From sequence record AP017925.1: a stretch of 64,000 bases of DNA. One strand, written 5' to 3'. Shown here piece after piece: positions 9,600 through 18,786 of the stretch; positions within the stretch are counted from its first letter, which is position 1, and every line of letters begins with the position of its first letter. A program made the translations under genes and the position numbers. The notes beneath the pieces were generated by a model. It worked only from the letters and a program-made list of their open reading frames with translations. It did no database searches and was not told the DNA's origin.

Positions 9600-12092
9600 A
9601 TGAAAATCCTCGAACTCGAACTCGATCTCTACAAGAGGTTGACGAAGGTGGCGCACATCCGTCACTTCAAGCTGACATTGAAAGAAATCGTGCAGTTGAT
9701 CTTGGGGACAAATGGTTCGGGCAAAAGCTCTATTCTCTACGAACTGTCGCCTCTCCCAGCTAACCACAAGGCTTACCATAAAGGTGGTAAGAAGCGTGTC
9801 CTGATTGCTCATCAGAACAAGATGTACGAACTCATCTCTGATTTTGCAAACGGGCAAGACCACTACTTTTATGTTGATGGTGAAAACCTGAACACAGGTC
9901 GCACCGTCACCATTCAAAAGGAACTGGTCAAAGAGCACTTCGGTATCACGTTTGAGACTCATGAGCTGCTGCTGGGTTACGAGCAGTTCTCCAAGATGTC
10001 TCCGGCACGTCGTCGTGAACTCTTTACGATGCTGTGTGTGGTGGATTACACCTATGCCATCAAGCTGTACCAGAAAATCCAAGTTGCGATGCGCGACGAT
10101 GTCGGTACGCTGAAGAACCTCAAGAAGCGCCTGGTCACGGAAACAGCGAATGCGCTGAAAGACGAAGAGATCACTGGTCTGCGTGTGCGCCTAGCTGAGC
10201 TGAATCGCGAATCGCAAGCAATGTACATGCTGCGTAACGCTAATGCTCAGACCACCTTCGATGCGCGCACGGTAGCTGAAGCCGCCAAGAAGACTATCGA
10301 TGACCTGTTGCAGAAGTTTCGCTCGGTGCGCTCGATTCTGCGCGATAAGTGTTGGATCACGCCAGACGAATATCAGGAAGACATCGACAGTCTGCGCGCT
10401 GAACTGCATGGTATCGAAGGTGTCTATGCTCGTGCGTCGGAAGAGTTCATCAAGGCTTCTTCCGAGGTTGAGCAGGTTTCTGGGCTCGAAGCAGAAGATG
10501 TCACCAAGCTGCAAGACGAAATCATCGCTTCGAACAAAAAAGCACAGAGCTTGCTGGAGACGCGTAAACGGCCTCTGGAGGGCTTTAAGCCTTTGGCAGC
10601 CTCGCAGTCTATGGAACTGGTCTACGAGTCGTTATACAGCGTTCTAACCGAGCTGCCGGCCGATCCTGAGGGACAAATGTCGTCCCAAGCATTGAGCGAG
10701 GTGTCAGAGCGCTTGCGCTTGGTCGAAATGTCGATCAGTGCCAACCGCGAGAAGCTGTCTGGTCTCGAACATCGGGAAAAACATCTGGTCGATCTGGCGA
10801 GTTCGGAGGACATCAATTGTCCAAAGTGCGAACACTCATTCAAGATGGGTTACTCGGTTGGGGAGCACGAATCGATCAAGACGCGTATCGCGGCAGGGCG
10901 CAATCACATCGAAGCACTAGGCAAAGAAGCTGCTGCTTTGAAGGAACAGCAAGAGCGGCTTAGCAACTACGCCAGTCTTTATAAGGAATACGTGCGCATC
11001 ACTCGTAACTCGCCAGAACTGCAACCGTTGTGGGATCTGATCGTCGAGGAAGACGCTCTGCGTCGTTCGCCTCAGCATGCTCTGACGCTGATCGAACTGG
11101 TACGCAGCGATCTGCGTATCGAGATGCAGGTAAATGCGATCTATGAAAAGATTGCGACCGACGATCACCGACTGAAACTCGCACAGTACGCTCAGTCCGA
11201 AGCCATCAAGACCAAGAAGCAACGTTTGGAACAGTTGGAACAGGAAATCGGTCGTCTGTCGAAGCAGAAGGTCTGGGTACAGGGTCGTCTAAGCGATCTG
11301 GTTCGCACTCAGCAGCAGATCAAGCACATGTACGAGGTCGGCGACCGGATGGCAAAGGCCAAGGAAGAGTTCACCAAAGCTTCCTACGCAATTATCGATG
11401 CTGTCAAGAATGAGATCATCGATGAAGCGCTAGCTGAGACTCATCGCGAGATTGCTACGCTGTCGACGCGTATCCACTCGATCGACCAACACGAGACACT
11501 GATCAATGATCTGAAACAGCAGATCCAAAATCACGAGAAATCAGAAAAGGCTTACAAGGCCTTGGCTGACGCTCTGTCTCCGACTGATGGTCTGATCGCT
11601 GAAGGGATGCTGGGCTTCATTCGCAACTACGTGGCGCGGATGAACGCACTAATCGCTAAGGTGTGGACGTACAAAATGGAAGTGCATGACTGCTCGACCG
11701 AGGACGATTCCGCGGAACTGAACTACAAGTTCCCAGTGACAATCGGTAACGATCCAGAACCAGTGCCTGATGTTGCTGATAGCTCATCTGGTCAAGAGGA
11801 AATGCTGAACCTAGCATTCCGCGTCGTGGCCGCGCAGTGTCTCGGTCTGGATAAAGGTCCGCTGCCATTGGATGAGTTTGGTAAGACCTTCGATGAAAGC
11901 CATCGCGAAGCTGCGACCAACGTCGTGCGTCAGCTGATTGAACAACTGAGCTTCTCGCAGTTGTTTATGATCTCGCACTACGAATCGAGCTACGGAGCAT
12001 TCTACAATGCTCAGATGTCAGTCATCGATAAGCGCAATATCACTGTACCAGTTAACCGCCGGTATAACGAGTTCACTGAACTAGCAGCATAA
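9600..12092 (+). CDS. sbcC: SbcC/Rad50-like SMC ATPase
   Basis: Walker A GTNGSGKS, zinc hook CPKC, signature SSGQ, LDEFGKTFD, ISH loop, long coiled coils. Confidence 0.92.
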   Translation: MKILELELDLYKRLTKVAHIRHFKLTLKEIVQLILGTNGSGKSSILYELSPLPANHKAYHKGGKKRVLIAHQNKMYELISDFANGQDHYFYVDGENLNTGRTVTIQKELVKEHFGITFETHELLLGYEQFSKMSPARRRELFTMLCVVDYTYAIKLYQKIQVAMRDDVGTLKNLKKRLVTETANALKDEEITGLRVRLAELNRESQAMYMLRNANAQTTFDARTVAEAAKKTIDDLLQKFRSVRSILRDKCWITPDEYQEDIDSLRAELHGIEGVYARASEEFIKASSEVEQVSGLEAEDVTKLQDEIIASNKKAQSLLETRKRPLEGFKPLAASQSMELVYESLYSVLTELPADPEGQMSSQALSEVSERLRLVEMSISANREKLSGLEHREKHLVDLASSEDINCPKCEHSFKMGYSVGEHESIKTRIAAGRNHIEALGKEAAALKEQQERLSNYASLYKEYVRITRNSPELQPLWDLIVEEDALRRSPQHALTLIELVRSDLRIEMQVNAIYEKIATDDHRLKLAQYAQSEAIKTKKQRLEQLEQEIGRLSKQKVWVQGRLSDLVRTQQQIKHMYEVGDRMAKAKEEFTKASYAIIDAVKNEIIDEALAETHREIATLSTRIHSIDQHETLINDLKQQIQNHEKSEKAYKALADALSPTDGLIAEGMLGFIRNYVARMNALIAKVWTYKMEVHDCSTEDDSAELNYKFPVTIGNDPEPVPDVADSSSGQEEMLNLAFRVVAAQCLGLDKGPLPLDEFGKTFDESHREAATNVVRQLIEQLSFSQLFMISHYESSYGAFYNAQMSVIDKRNITVPVNRRYNEFTELAA

Positions 12093-12128
12093 AAGGCCAG
12101 GAGGGGAAACCCTCCTGGCTCTTATGCC
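12087..12128. terminator. Hairpin terminator, identical 33-bp copy 2 (12096-12128)
   Basis: Same GCCAGGAGGGGAAACCCTCCTGGCTCTTATGCC as 8506-8538, preceded by GCATAA. Confidence 0.85.
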
Positions 12129-12133
12129 GTTAT

Positions 12134-12688
12134 TTAGACAGCAGGTGCTGCGTACTCATTGAAACCATTGATGTCAGGATTGCCAATCAATGGCCCGCCT
12201 TCCAACCATTCGGTGTTTGGCTTGAAGGTTGTTCCGTTGATCCAGAGCAGGGACTCCGGATGGGCTTGCAGCCTGAGACCCTTGTAGACATCGTCCAGCG
12301 TCAGGTACTCGTAGTCGATTATGTCATCTGCCGCAATCGGATATGGCAAGATTCTATTAATCTGCTCCAGAACGTCCGAGATCTTGAACGGCAGGTGCGT
12401 TGGCGAGACGTGGTGCAGATCACTGTTGCTGACGTGGTTGAGAATGCATCGACGGCGATACAGGAAGCCTGAGCCTTTTACCCAGTAACGATCGTCATAT
12501 TGCTGATCAACCTGACAAGGGATAAACGTATTGGGGTCGGTATCAAGATCCTTTCGTGGGTCGACCTCTTGCGGTTTTCCGAACTTGACCTTCTCCAGCG
12601 GGATAACTTGCCCTGTCGCCTCAAAGATCAAATACAGTAAAACTTGTTCACGACTCTTACCGACGTCGTGAGCGTCGATAACTACCAT
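12134..12688 (-). CDS. Hypothetical protein, possibly tail-associated
   Basis: 184-aa ORF co-oriented with the adjacent structural gene. Confidence 0.55.
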   Translation of the reverse strand: MVVIDAHDVGKSREQVLLYLIFEATGQVIPLEKVKFGKPQEVDPRKDLDTDPNTFIPCQVDQQYDDRYWVKGSGFLYRRRCILNHVSNSDLHHVSPTHLPFKISDVLEQINRILPYPIAADDIIDYEYLTLDDVYKGLRLQAHPESLLWINGTTFKPNTEWLEGGPLIGNPDINGFNEYAAPAV

Positions 12689-12708
12689 TTATTTCTCCTG
12701 AGCGGGCG

Positions 12709-13965
12709 TTAGGTGTTGGGAGTGATCACAACCTTTTCGGACTGCACATCCAGGAAGTGGGCGTAGCTGTACGATTCTCGGTTATACGGGATGCGGTTGT
12801 CGGCAGGCATCGTAGCCTGACTTGCCGGTGTAGTGTGGAATAGCCGGTGATGGTAGATGTTGTCACCTACAGTCACCGAAAAGACGCCATCGTCTTCCTG
12901 TACCCAGTACGGCCACAGCAGACCGAAACCACCGACGAGCGGTAGAGACGGTTCGTCAAAAGCCAGATACTGTTTGGCAATTTGGGTAGGCGCCAGTTGT
13001 TGACGCTCAACGACCACTTTGGGGCTATCGATGAGAACCAAGAAACTTTGAGACATTGTCAACCAGTTGGTCAACACGGCATCACTGTAGAGCTGATCGC
13101 GAGAGATCTGAGCATCGTGAGCACCGTTGTACTCCAATCCCAGATTCGACATGTCGATCAGTGCGCGGGATTCGTAGAAACGATCCAACAGTGGCACGGA
13201 CTGAGTGTCCAGACAGAAAATGTCATCCGCAGTGCGGAAGAAGCTCAAGCCATCCAGCAAGAACAGATAACCACCCATCACCAACGCCACAGTCTTACCC
13301 TGAGCCTCAACTGGACTCTTGATAAAGATCTGATTAGAGAACGGCTGATCGGAATGAGCGCGGAACAGCATATCGGCAGTAATCGTCACACAGGTCAACT
13401 CGCCAATGTCTTGGAAGTTGATGATGCCGACTTCATTACGACGGCTGAGATAATTGCTCTTACCAGCATCGATTACGTAGATGTACTGGCTGTCAGCATC
13501 GACACGGTGGATCAGACCGTTGATCGAGACCAAGCAATTCTTATGGAAAACCCGGGCATCAACACCGGGCTTCGACATGATGAGACAATCTGCCTCATCA
13601 GGCTGGGGAATCGTAGTCGGACTTTGCAGATAACGACCGCGCTCCAGCTGATAACCTGCCCAGTAGGCGTCAGCATACTTGATGCTGCCTTTAGCGATCG
13701 AGGCAATGCCGTTAGTCGACGGCAGCGTGTTATTGCCTTGTGCGGCAAAGAACTGTGCCAGTGTCTGGTCGCGCTGTACGTAGCCGCTGGTGATCTCACC
13801 AAAGCGCATCGTACGATCGCTAGTCCAGAATGGATTGCTGACGCGCAGGTAAACATCCGAATACGCGCTGTCGATTTGAGACAGCGTCAAAGTGCTCAGA
13901 TCCACCTCAGCCCAAGCTGTCCCGGCGGCCATGAGTTGTGCAATTGCAGAGACCAGTTGATACAT
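12709..13965 (-). CDS. Conserved jumbo-phage virion structural protein
   Basis: Start trimmed to MYQLVSAI; divergent from the tail-fibre genes; function from synteny only. Confidence 0.55.
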   Translation of the reverse strand: MYQLVSAIAQLMAAGTAWAEVDLSTLTLSQIDSAYSDVYLRVSNPFWTSDRTMRFGEITSGYVQRDQTLAQFFAAQGNNTLPSTNGIASIAKGSIKYADAYWAGYQLERGRYLQSPTTIPQPDEADCLIMSKPGVDARVFHKNCLVSINGLIHRVDADSQYIYVIDAGKSNYLSRRNEVGIINFQDIGELTCVTITADMLFRAHSDQPFSNQIFIKSPVEAQGKTVALVMGGYLFLLDGLSFFRTADDIFCLDTQSVPLLDRFYESRALIDMSNLGLEYNGAHDAQISRDQLYSDAVLTNWLTMSQSFLVLIDSPKVVVERQQLAPTQIAKQYLAFDEPSLPLVGGFGLLWPYWVQEDDGVFSVTVGDNIYHHRLFHTTPASQATMPADNRIPYNRESYSYAHFLDVQSEKVVITPNT

Positions 13966-14161
13966 GAGAAAACTCCGTAAGAGTGCGTTTTTCCGCTTTT
14001 TATGCGGTTTAAAATGGCTCAAATAATGTGATCTACTATTAGGCTAAGTAGTATTTTTATACGACCAATGCCCTCCGTTCCCACGGCGGAAGGAGGCGGT
14101 GGTCCGCGTGGACGTCTTGGCCGACAAGTATTCCGAGACATCATCAAAGGACGATTGTTCA

Positions 14162-15766
14162 ATGGCTACCGCTTACCAGTATCCGTTCGATCCCAGCGGC
14201 ACTTCGTCTGCCAACCGGATCTTGAACGAGCAGCATGTCATCACCGCTGCAAACTTTCGGGATTACCACTACGTAATCCCGAACTTTGCCCCTTTCTTTG
14301 AGGGCGACTTCGACATCAAAATGCAGTTTCCTGATGGCTCGATTCGTCCTCTGACGCAAGGCGTCGACTTCTACTTCTCGAACCAGTTCTTGGACGCTTC
14401 GCGTGCCTGTGCGAAGCCTGTCTATGGTTCGATCTCGTTCCTTGACACCGATACCGCCGGTATCCTGTCGATCAACTACAACACTGTTGGTGGCGAGTGG
14501 AACATCTCGCCGACAGAAATCTCGCGTATCTTGGCCGAAGAGCTGCGCAACCCCCGTATTACGACCTGGGAACAAATCACGTATTTACCGGAACGTTTCC
14601 CGGTAGTCGATCACGCGTGGGATCTGATCGACATGGTGGGTATGTCTCCGGTTGTGGCTGCCATCGAAGCACTGCGCGACGCGGTTGTGACGAAGAACGG
14701 TGGTAACTTCACCGATCACATCAACAACTACTCGAACCCGCACAACACCACGGCGGCGCAAGTAGGGTTGGGCAATCTGTTCAACTATCCGATTGCTACG
14801 ACGGCTGATGCCCAGGCTGGCACGAGTAACTCGTTCTACATGACACCCGCGCGTGTCAAGGACGAAATCATGGCATTCGCTACGCCGCTGTCGCACTTGA
14901 CGGATTACACCAATCCGCACCAAGTGACAAAGACCCAGGTGGGGCTGAGCAATGTGGCGAACTTCGCAGTTTCGACCACGGCAGAAGCTCAAGCAGGTGC
15001 TGTTGATACGTCTTACATGACGCCGCTGAAGACAGCACAAGCCATCACGCAGCAGGCCGGTTCAGCGCTCGCAGCTCATGTTGCGAACCAGCAGAACCCG
15101 CACAACGTGACGAAAGATCAGGTTGGCTTGTTCAACGTCCAGAACTATCCGATCGCTACGCAACAGCAAGCGATGGCTGGTACGGACAACGCCTCGTACA
15201 TGACGCCGCTGCGCACAGCACAGCTGGTAGCTCAGATCTCTTCAGTGGCGCTACAGAACCACTTGAATGACTTTACCAACCCTCACCAAGTGACGGCCGG
15301 TCAGGTGGGTCTTGGTAATGTGCAGAACTACGGTATCGCTACTCAGGCTGATGCACAAGCCGGCGTGAGCAATACGCTGTACATGACGCCGGGTCGTGTC
15401 GCTGATGCCATCAATGCACTGGCTACGCCGCATGCTCACTTGCTGGATATGAACAATCCGCACCAAGTGACCGCGGCTCAAGTCGGCGCATACACGACTA
15501 CTCAGACGGATACGCTGTTGGGTGGTTACGTGCGGCTGACCGATCAGTGGGTAGCGGGTGAAACCAAAGCTGCCTTCATTGCAGAAGTGCTGCAGGGTAC
15601 GGCGAACAATGCTTCGATGGTTTACGGTTTCACGGAAGCCCAACTGGCCGCCGATCTCGAAACCAATTACTTCGATAACGCTTACGCCACCATTGCTGCA
15701 TTCAATGCATTGGCCCAGCGCGTGACCGACATCGAAACGGCCCTCAACAGCATCACCGTTGTGTAA
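14162..15766 (+). CDS. Tail fibre protein with ~60-aa NPH..QVGLGNV.NY repeats
   Basis: N-terminal YPFDPSG..N.I.NE.H motif typical of phiKZ-like fibres; four full repeats and one partial; RBS AAAGGA. Confidence 0.8.
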   Translation: MATAYQYPFDPSGTSSANRILNEQHVITAANFRDYHYVIPNFAPFFEGDFDIKMQFPDGSIRPLTQGVDFYFSNQFLDASRACAKPVYGSISFLDTDTAGILSINYNTVGGEWNISPTEISRILAEELRNPRITTWEQITYLPERFPVVDHAWDLIDMVGMSPVVAAIEALRDAVVTKNGGNFTDHINNYSNPHNTTAAQVGLGNLFNYPIATTADAQAGTSNSFYMTPARVKDEIMAFATPLSHLTDYTNPHQVTKTQVGLSNVANFAVSTTAEAQAGAVDTSYMTPLKTAQAITQQAGSALAAHVANQQNPHNVTKDQVGLFNVQNYPIATQQQAMAGTDNASYMTPLRTAQLVAQISSVALQNHLNDFTNPHQVTAGQVGLGNVQNYGIATQADAQAGVSNTLYMTPGRVADAINALATPHAHLLDMNNPHQVTAAQVGAYTTTQTDTLLGGYVRLTDQWVAGETKAAFIAEVLQGTANNASMVYGFTEAQLAADLETNYFDNAYATIAAFNALAQRVTDIETALNSITVV

Positions 15767-15782
15767 CCAACCCATTTAAGGG

Positions 15783-15802
15783 CGAGGCGGGAGACCGCCT
15801 CG
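15783..15802 (+). terminator. GNRA-capped hairpin between the tail-fibre genes (terminator or processing site)
   Basis: CGAGGCGG-GAGA-CCGCCTCG followed by TTT. Confidence 0.45.
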
Positions 15803-15818
15803 TTTGAGCGAACAAGTC

Positions 15819-17096
15819 ATGACTATTCCGATCTATCGCTATCCCTTGGATGGCACCGGCACCAGCCCGGATAACCTGGTGGTTGGAGAAGAACACCAGC
15901 TCTCCAACCGAGCAATTCGTTGCGTAGCGCCGACCTACGGTGGCTTCTACGCTGAATCCGCAGTGGTGACGGACTTCAACACTGGCGTACCGCTGGTGCG
16001 CGGTGTTGACTACTACTTTGGTGAGCTGTTCGAGTTCCCCACTGGTCGTTACGGTAAGGAAATCTTCGGCCTGATCGTTATCACCAAGCCGAACGTTGCT
16101 GCCGTTTCGATCAATTACCAAGCACTGGGTGGTGATTACTCCTATTCCATGGACGCAATCATCGCCATGATCGACAACCTGAATCTGGACACGCGTCCGG
16201 TGGAATGGGGTGCGATCATTGGTCGTCCGGCGCTGTTCGATCCGGCAACGCACTGGCACGATGCTGGTGACATCTACGGCTTCGAATACGTAGTGAGCGC
16301 GCTGATCGATCTGCGCAACGCCATCCTGACGGGTGACGTGGCCAGCCACGATGAGATCTATCGCTACATCGATCGCTGGGCAGCTCAGCAGAGCGCGGCC
16401 ATCCAAGCAGTTTCCGATGCACTGCACACGCACATCGTCGACTACACCAATCCGCACCAAACCACGAAGGCACAGGTAGGGTTGGGACTGGTGTCGAACT
16501 TTGCGACAGCGCTGCAAGCTGACATGAATACTGGTACGGCGAACAACCTGTTCGTGACGCCAGATATCGTTGCCGCGTACGTGACTCAGCAGGCAGTGAA
16601 TCCGCTGCTTGCTCACATTGCCGACAAGGGTAACCCGCACCAGACTACCGCAGCACAAGTGGGACTGGGTAATGTCCAGAACTATGGTGTTGCTTCCCAG
16701 CCGGACATGAATGCCGGTACGCGTGACGACGTCTATCTGACGCCGCTGAAGGTCGCGACCTATGTGACAAACGTCGCGGTTAACCCGATGAATGCGCACA
16801 TTGCCAATACCAACAATCCGCATGCCGTGACACAGGCACAAGTTGGGTTGGGTAGTGTTGCGAACTATCCGGTCGCTACTCAGGCTGAAGCGCAAGCTGG
16901 AACGGCTAACAACCGCTACATGACTCCCTGGCTCGTAAACCAAGAAGTCATGCAGATGCTCAACAACGGTGCATTCGACGGTCGCTATATGCGGTATGGC
17001 ACCGCCACTGATGGTTCGACCTGGGTTAGCGCTGGTATCGCCTACGTGTTCGTATCGGGAGCATGGCGACAGTTCTGGCCGCCTGTGTGGCAGTAA
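15819..17096 (+). CDS. Tail fibre protein 2 with three NPH..QVGLG repeats and a short C-terminus
   Basis: N-terminal YPLDGTG..N...E.H motif paralogous to fibre 1; ends VSGAWRQFWPPVWQ. TTG at 15804 is an alternative start. Confidence 0.8.
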   Translation: MTIPIYRYPLDGTGTSPDNLVVGEEHQLSNRAIRCVAPTYGGFYAESAVVTDFNTGVPLVRGVDYYFGELFEFPTGRYGKEIFGLIVITKPNVAAVSINYQALGGDYSYSMDAIIAMIDNLNLDTRPVEWGAIIGRPALFDPATHWHDAGDIYGFEYVVSALIDLRNAILTGDVASHDEIYRYIDRWAAQQSAAIQAVSDALHTHIVDYTNPHQTTKAQVGLGLVSNFATALQADMNTGTANNLFVTPDIVAAYVTQQAVNPLLAHIADKGNPHQTTAAQVGLGNVQNYGVASQPDMNAGTRDDVYLTPLKVATYVTNVAVNPMNAHIANTNNPHAVTQAQVGLGSVANYPVATQAEAQAGTANNRYMTPWLVNQEVMQMLNNGAFDGRYMRYGTATDGSTWVSAGIAYVFVSGAWRQFWPPVWQ

Positions 17097-17104
17097 GAGA
17101 TGTG

Positions 17105-17143
17105 AAAACCACTCCGCCCAAAAGGTGGAGTGGTTTTTATGTC
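17105..17143 (+). terminator. Hairpin terminator after tail fibre 2
   Basis: AAAACCACTCC/GGAGTGGTTTT stem followed by TATGTC. Confidence 0.7.
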
Positions 17144-17171
17144 TGGTGTTATTTGCTAAAAGGAATTTATC

Positions 17172-17549
17172 GTGGCCACCACCTCCTCTACAACCACTGA
17201 TGTGCAAGGGTATGACATCAATACTCTCCGCAACACAATTAACAGTGTGCGGGCTCGTATTGCTGCTGGTCAACCCATCAGTGCCAACCAAATCGCTGAC
17301 CTTGCTTGGGTGTACAACACTTGGATTCAGCATACCCACAACTACTACGACTATTACTGGATCGCTTACGGTAATACGTCTCCCTATGGCACCACTGCTG
17401 TATGGAAAACTTCTGGCAACGTTGGTGTAGGGTATTTCTCACCACCTGGGGCTGGACAAACTGTTCAAGCTGCTCATGTGAATGGCTTAGCGGGTCTGGT
17501 CAATGCGATCCGATCCCATACCCACTATTCGCCGGACGGCAGTTACTAA
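17172..17549 (+). CDS. 125-aa protein with two GQ-x19-HTH-x3-D repeats (fibre-tip or precursor-like)
   Basis: GTG start after AAGGA; repeats at aa 33-60 and 95-122; Tyr/Trp-rich. Confidence 0.75.
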   Translation: MATTSSTTTDVQGYDINTLRNTINSVRARIAAGQPISANQIADLAWVYNTWIQHTHNYYDYYWIAYGNTSPYGTTAVWKTSGNVGVGYFSPPGAGQTVQAAHVNGLAGLVNAIRSHTHYSPDGSY

Positions 17550-17632
17550 ACATTCCGTTAGGTAAAAAAGCAAGTGCGTTTTTACCTATCATTCGATTTT
17601 TATAGTAATCCATTTCGAGGACGAATCCACCA

Positions 17633-17830
17633 ATGTCCAATTATCTCTCCACTGTAACAACGGCTGCGGCGCCAGCTAACACTGTGGGGCAAGGCCAAGC
17701 GGTACAACCAGCCACGATGAACCAAATGGCTGCTGTACTGGATTCATTGCTGAGCCACACGCACGTCTTTTATGACAACTACGGCAGCAACTGCAATTGT
17801 AACTGCGCCTGCACCCGAGGATCTCTGTAA
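17633..17830 (+). CDS. 65-aa candidate precursor peptide ending in CNCNCAC
   Basis: RBS GAGGA; third copy of the GQ-x19-HTH-x3-D repeat, then CxCxCxC; stop overlaps the next start (TAATG). Confidence 0.85.
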   Translation: MSNYLSTVTTAAAPANTVGQGQAVQPATMNQMAAVLDSLLSHTHVFYDNYGSNCNCNCACTRGSL

Positions 17831-18717
17831 TGAAAACTGTCTTTATCAAAAGCGGCGGCTACTACGAAACGCCAGGTGTCGCTGTCTCCGGCGCTATCAA
17901 CGACGCCTTCGACTTCAACGTGAGTCAGCATTGCCGTTCGAATGCGCTGTTCATGCTCGACTATGTCAGTCGCGAATACCGCCTCAGCCTTACCGTTGCC
18001 TCTGGTGACATGAAAGATGCGTTCGCGCGTCTCGACATGGATCTGATCACCAAGGCCGCGGAAGAGCATGGCTTCTCTTATGTCGGCCTGGTGGCTGACG
18101 AAAAGGCGATGATGGCTCGCCCGGATGAATTCCTGCGCGACTTGTCCGTCGTGACCGTCTGCAAGGAAACCGGCAAGTTCCTCGATGCCAAGTCCGGCAC
18201 CGCTCTGACCGGCAACAACATCACACCGGTGATCTACTGCGTGAAGATGGCTGACAGCACGTACGCCATGATCCTGAGCCAGATGGCCAACGTGATGCCG
18301 AGCATGGTCGACAATCCGAAGGTGGGTCGTGACGACATGAACGTCATCGTGGTCAATGACGGCGATGCCATGCGTAGTCAGTTCGTGGACGTCAGCTTCC
18401 ACGGCGCTACCAAGCATTTCCGCAACAACGACCTCGTTACTGGTTTCGCAGTGTTTGCTTGGCCGAATGCTCTGATTGAAGTTAATATCTTCAAGGACAC
18501 GCCGCTCGCCGCTGAGTTCAAGAAGAACTTCGAACTGGAAGTCGACAGCAGCTTTGATGCCAAGATCGTCGACGGCAAGGTCGTTATCCAGATGCCGCCT
18601 TCGTGTCGCACTGGCTATCTGTCGATCAAGCTGAAGACCACACCGCTGTACGAAGACGTCTCGTCGCGCGAGATCAAGGAAATGCTTTCGTTCGACTTCA
18701 TCGTGACGGTTGTTTAA
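17830..18717 (+). CDS. Uncharacterised 295-aa protein of the radical SAM cluster
   Basis: Translationally coupled to the peptide gene; no family recognised. Confidence 0.8.
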   Translation: MKTVFIKSGGYYETPGVAVSGAINDAFDFNVSQHCRSNALFMLDYVSREYRLSLTVASGDMKDAFARLDMDLITKAAEEHGFSYVGLVADEKAMMARPDEFLRDLSVVTVCKETGKFLDAKSGTALTGNNITPVIYCVKMADSTYAMILSQMANVMPSMVDNPKVGRDDMNVIVVNDGDAMRSQFVDVSFHGATKHFRNNDLVTGFAVFAWPNALIEVNIFKDTPLAAEFKKNFELEVDSSFDAKIVDGKVVIQMPPSCRTGYLSIKLKTTPLYEDVSSREIKEMLSFDFIVTVV

Positions 18718-18786
18718 CCACTCCTATTCGAAGCCGACAGATGACTTGTTCATCTGTCGGTTTTATGCTCCCATCAGGACACCATC

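Noticed and set aside
9507-10082. N-terminal extension of the 511-aa ORF in the track
   Set aside because: It overlaps sbcC on the opposite strand; the credible start is ATG 9506.
14700-16930. Tandem repeats that might suggest an array or DGR
   Set aside because: They are degenerate ~60-aa in-frame tail-fibre repeats; no CRISPR-like repeat-spacer pattern and no reverse transcriptase in the window.
15753-17339. 528-aa minus-strand ORF
   Set aside because: Antisense shadow of tail fibre 2.
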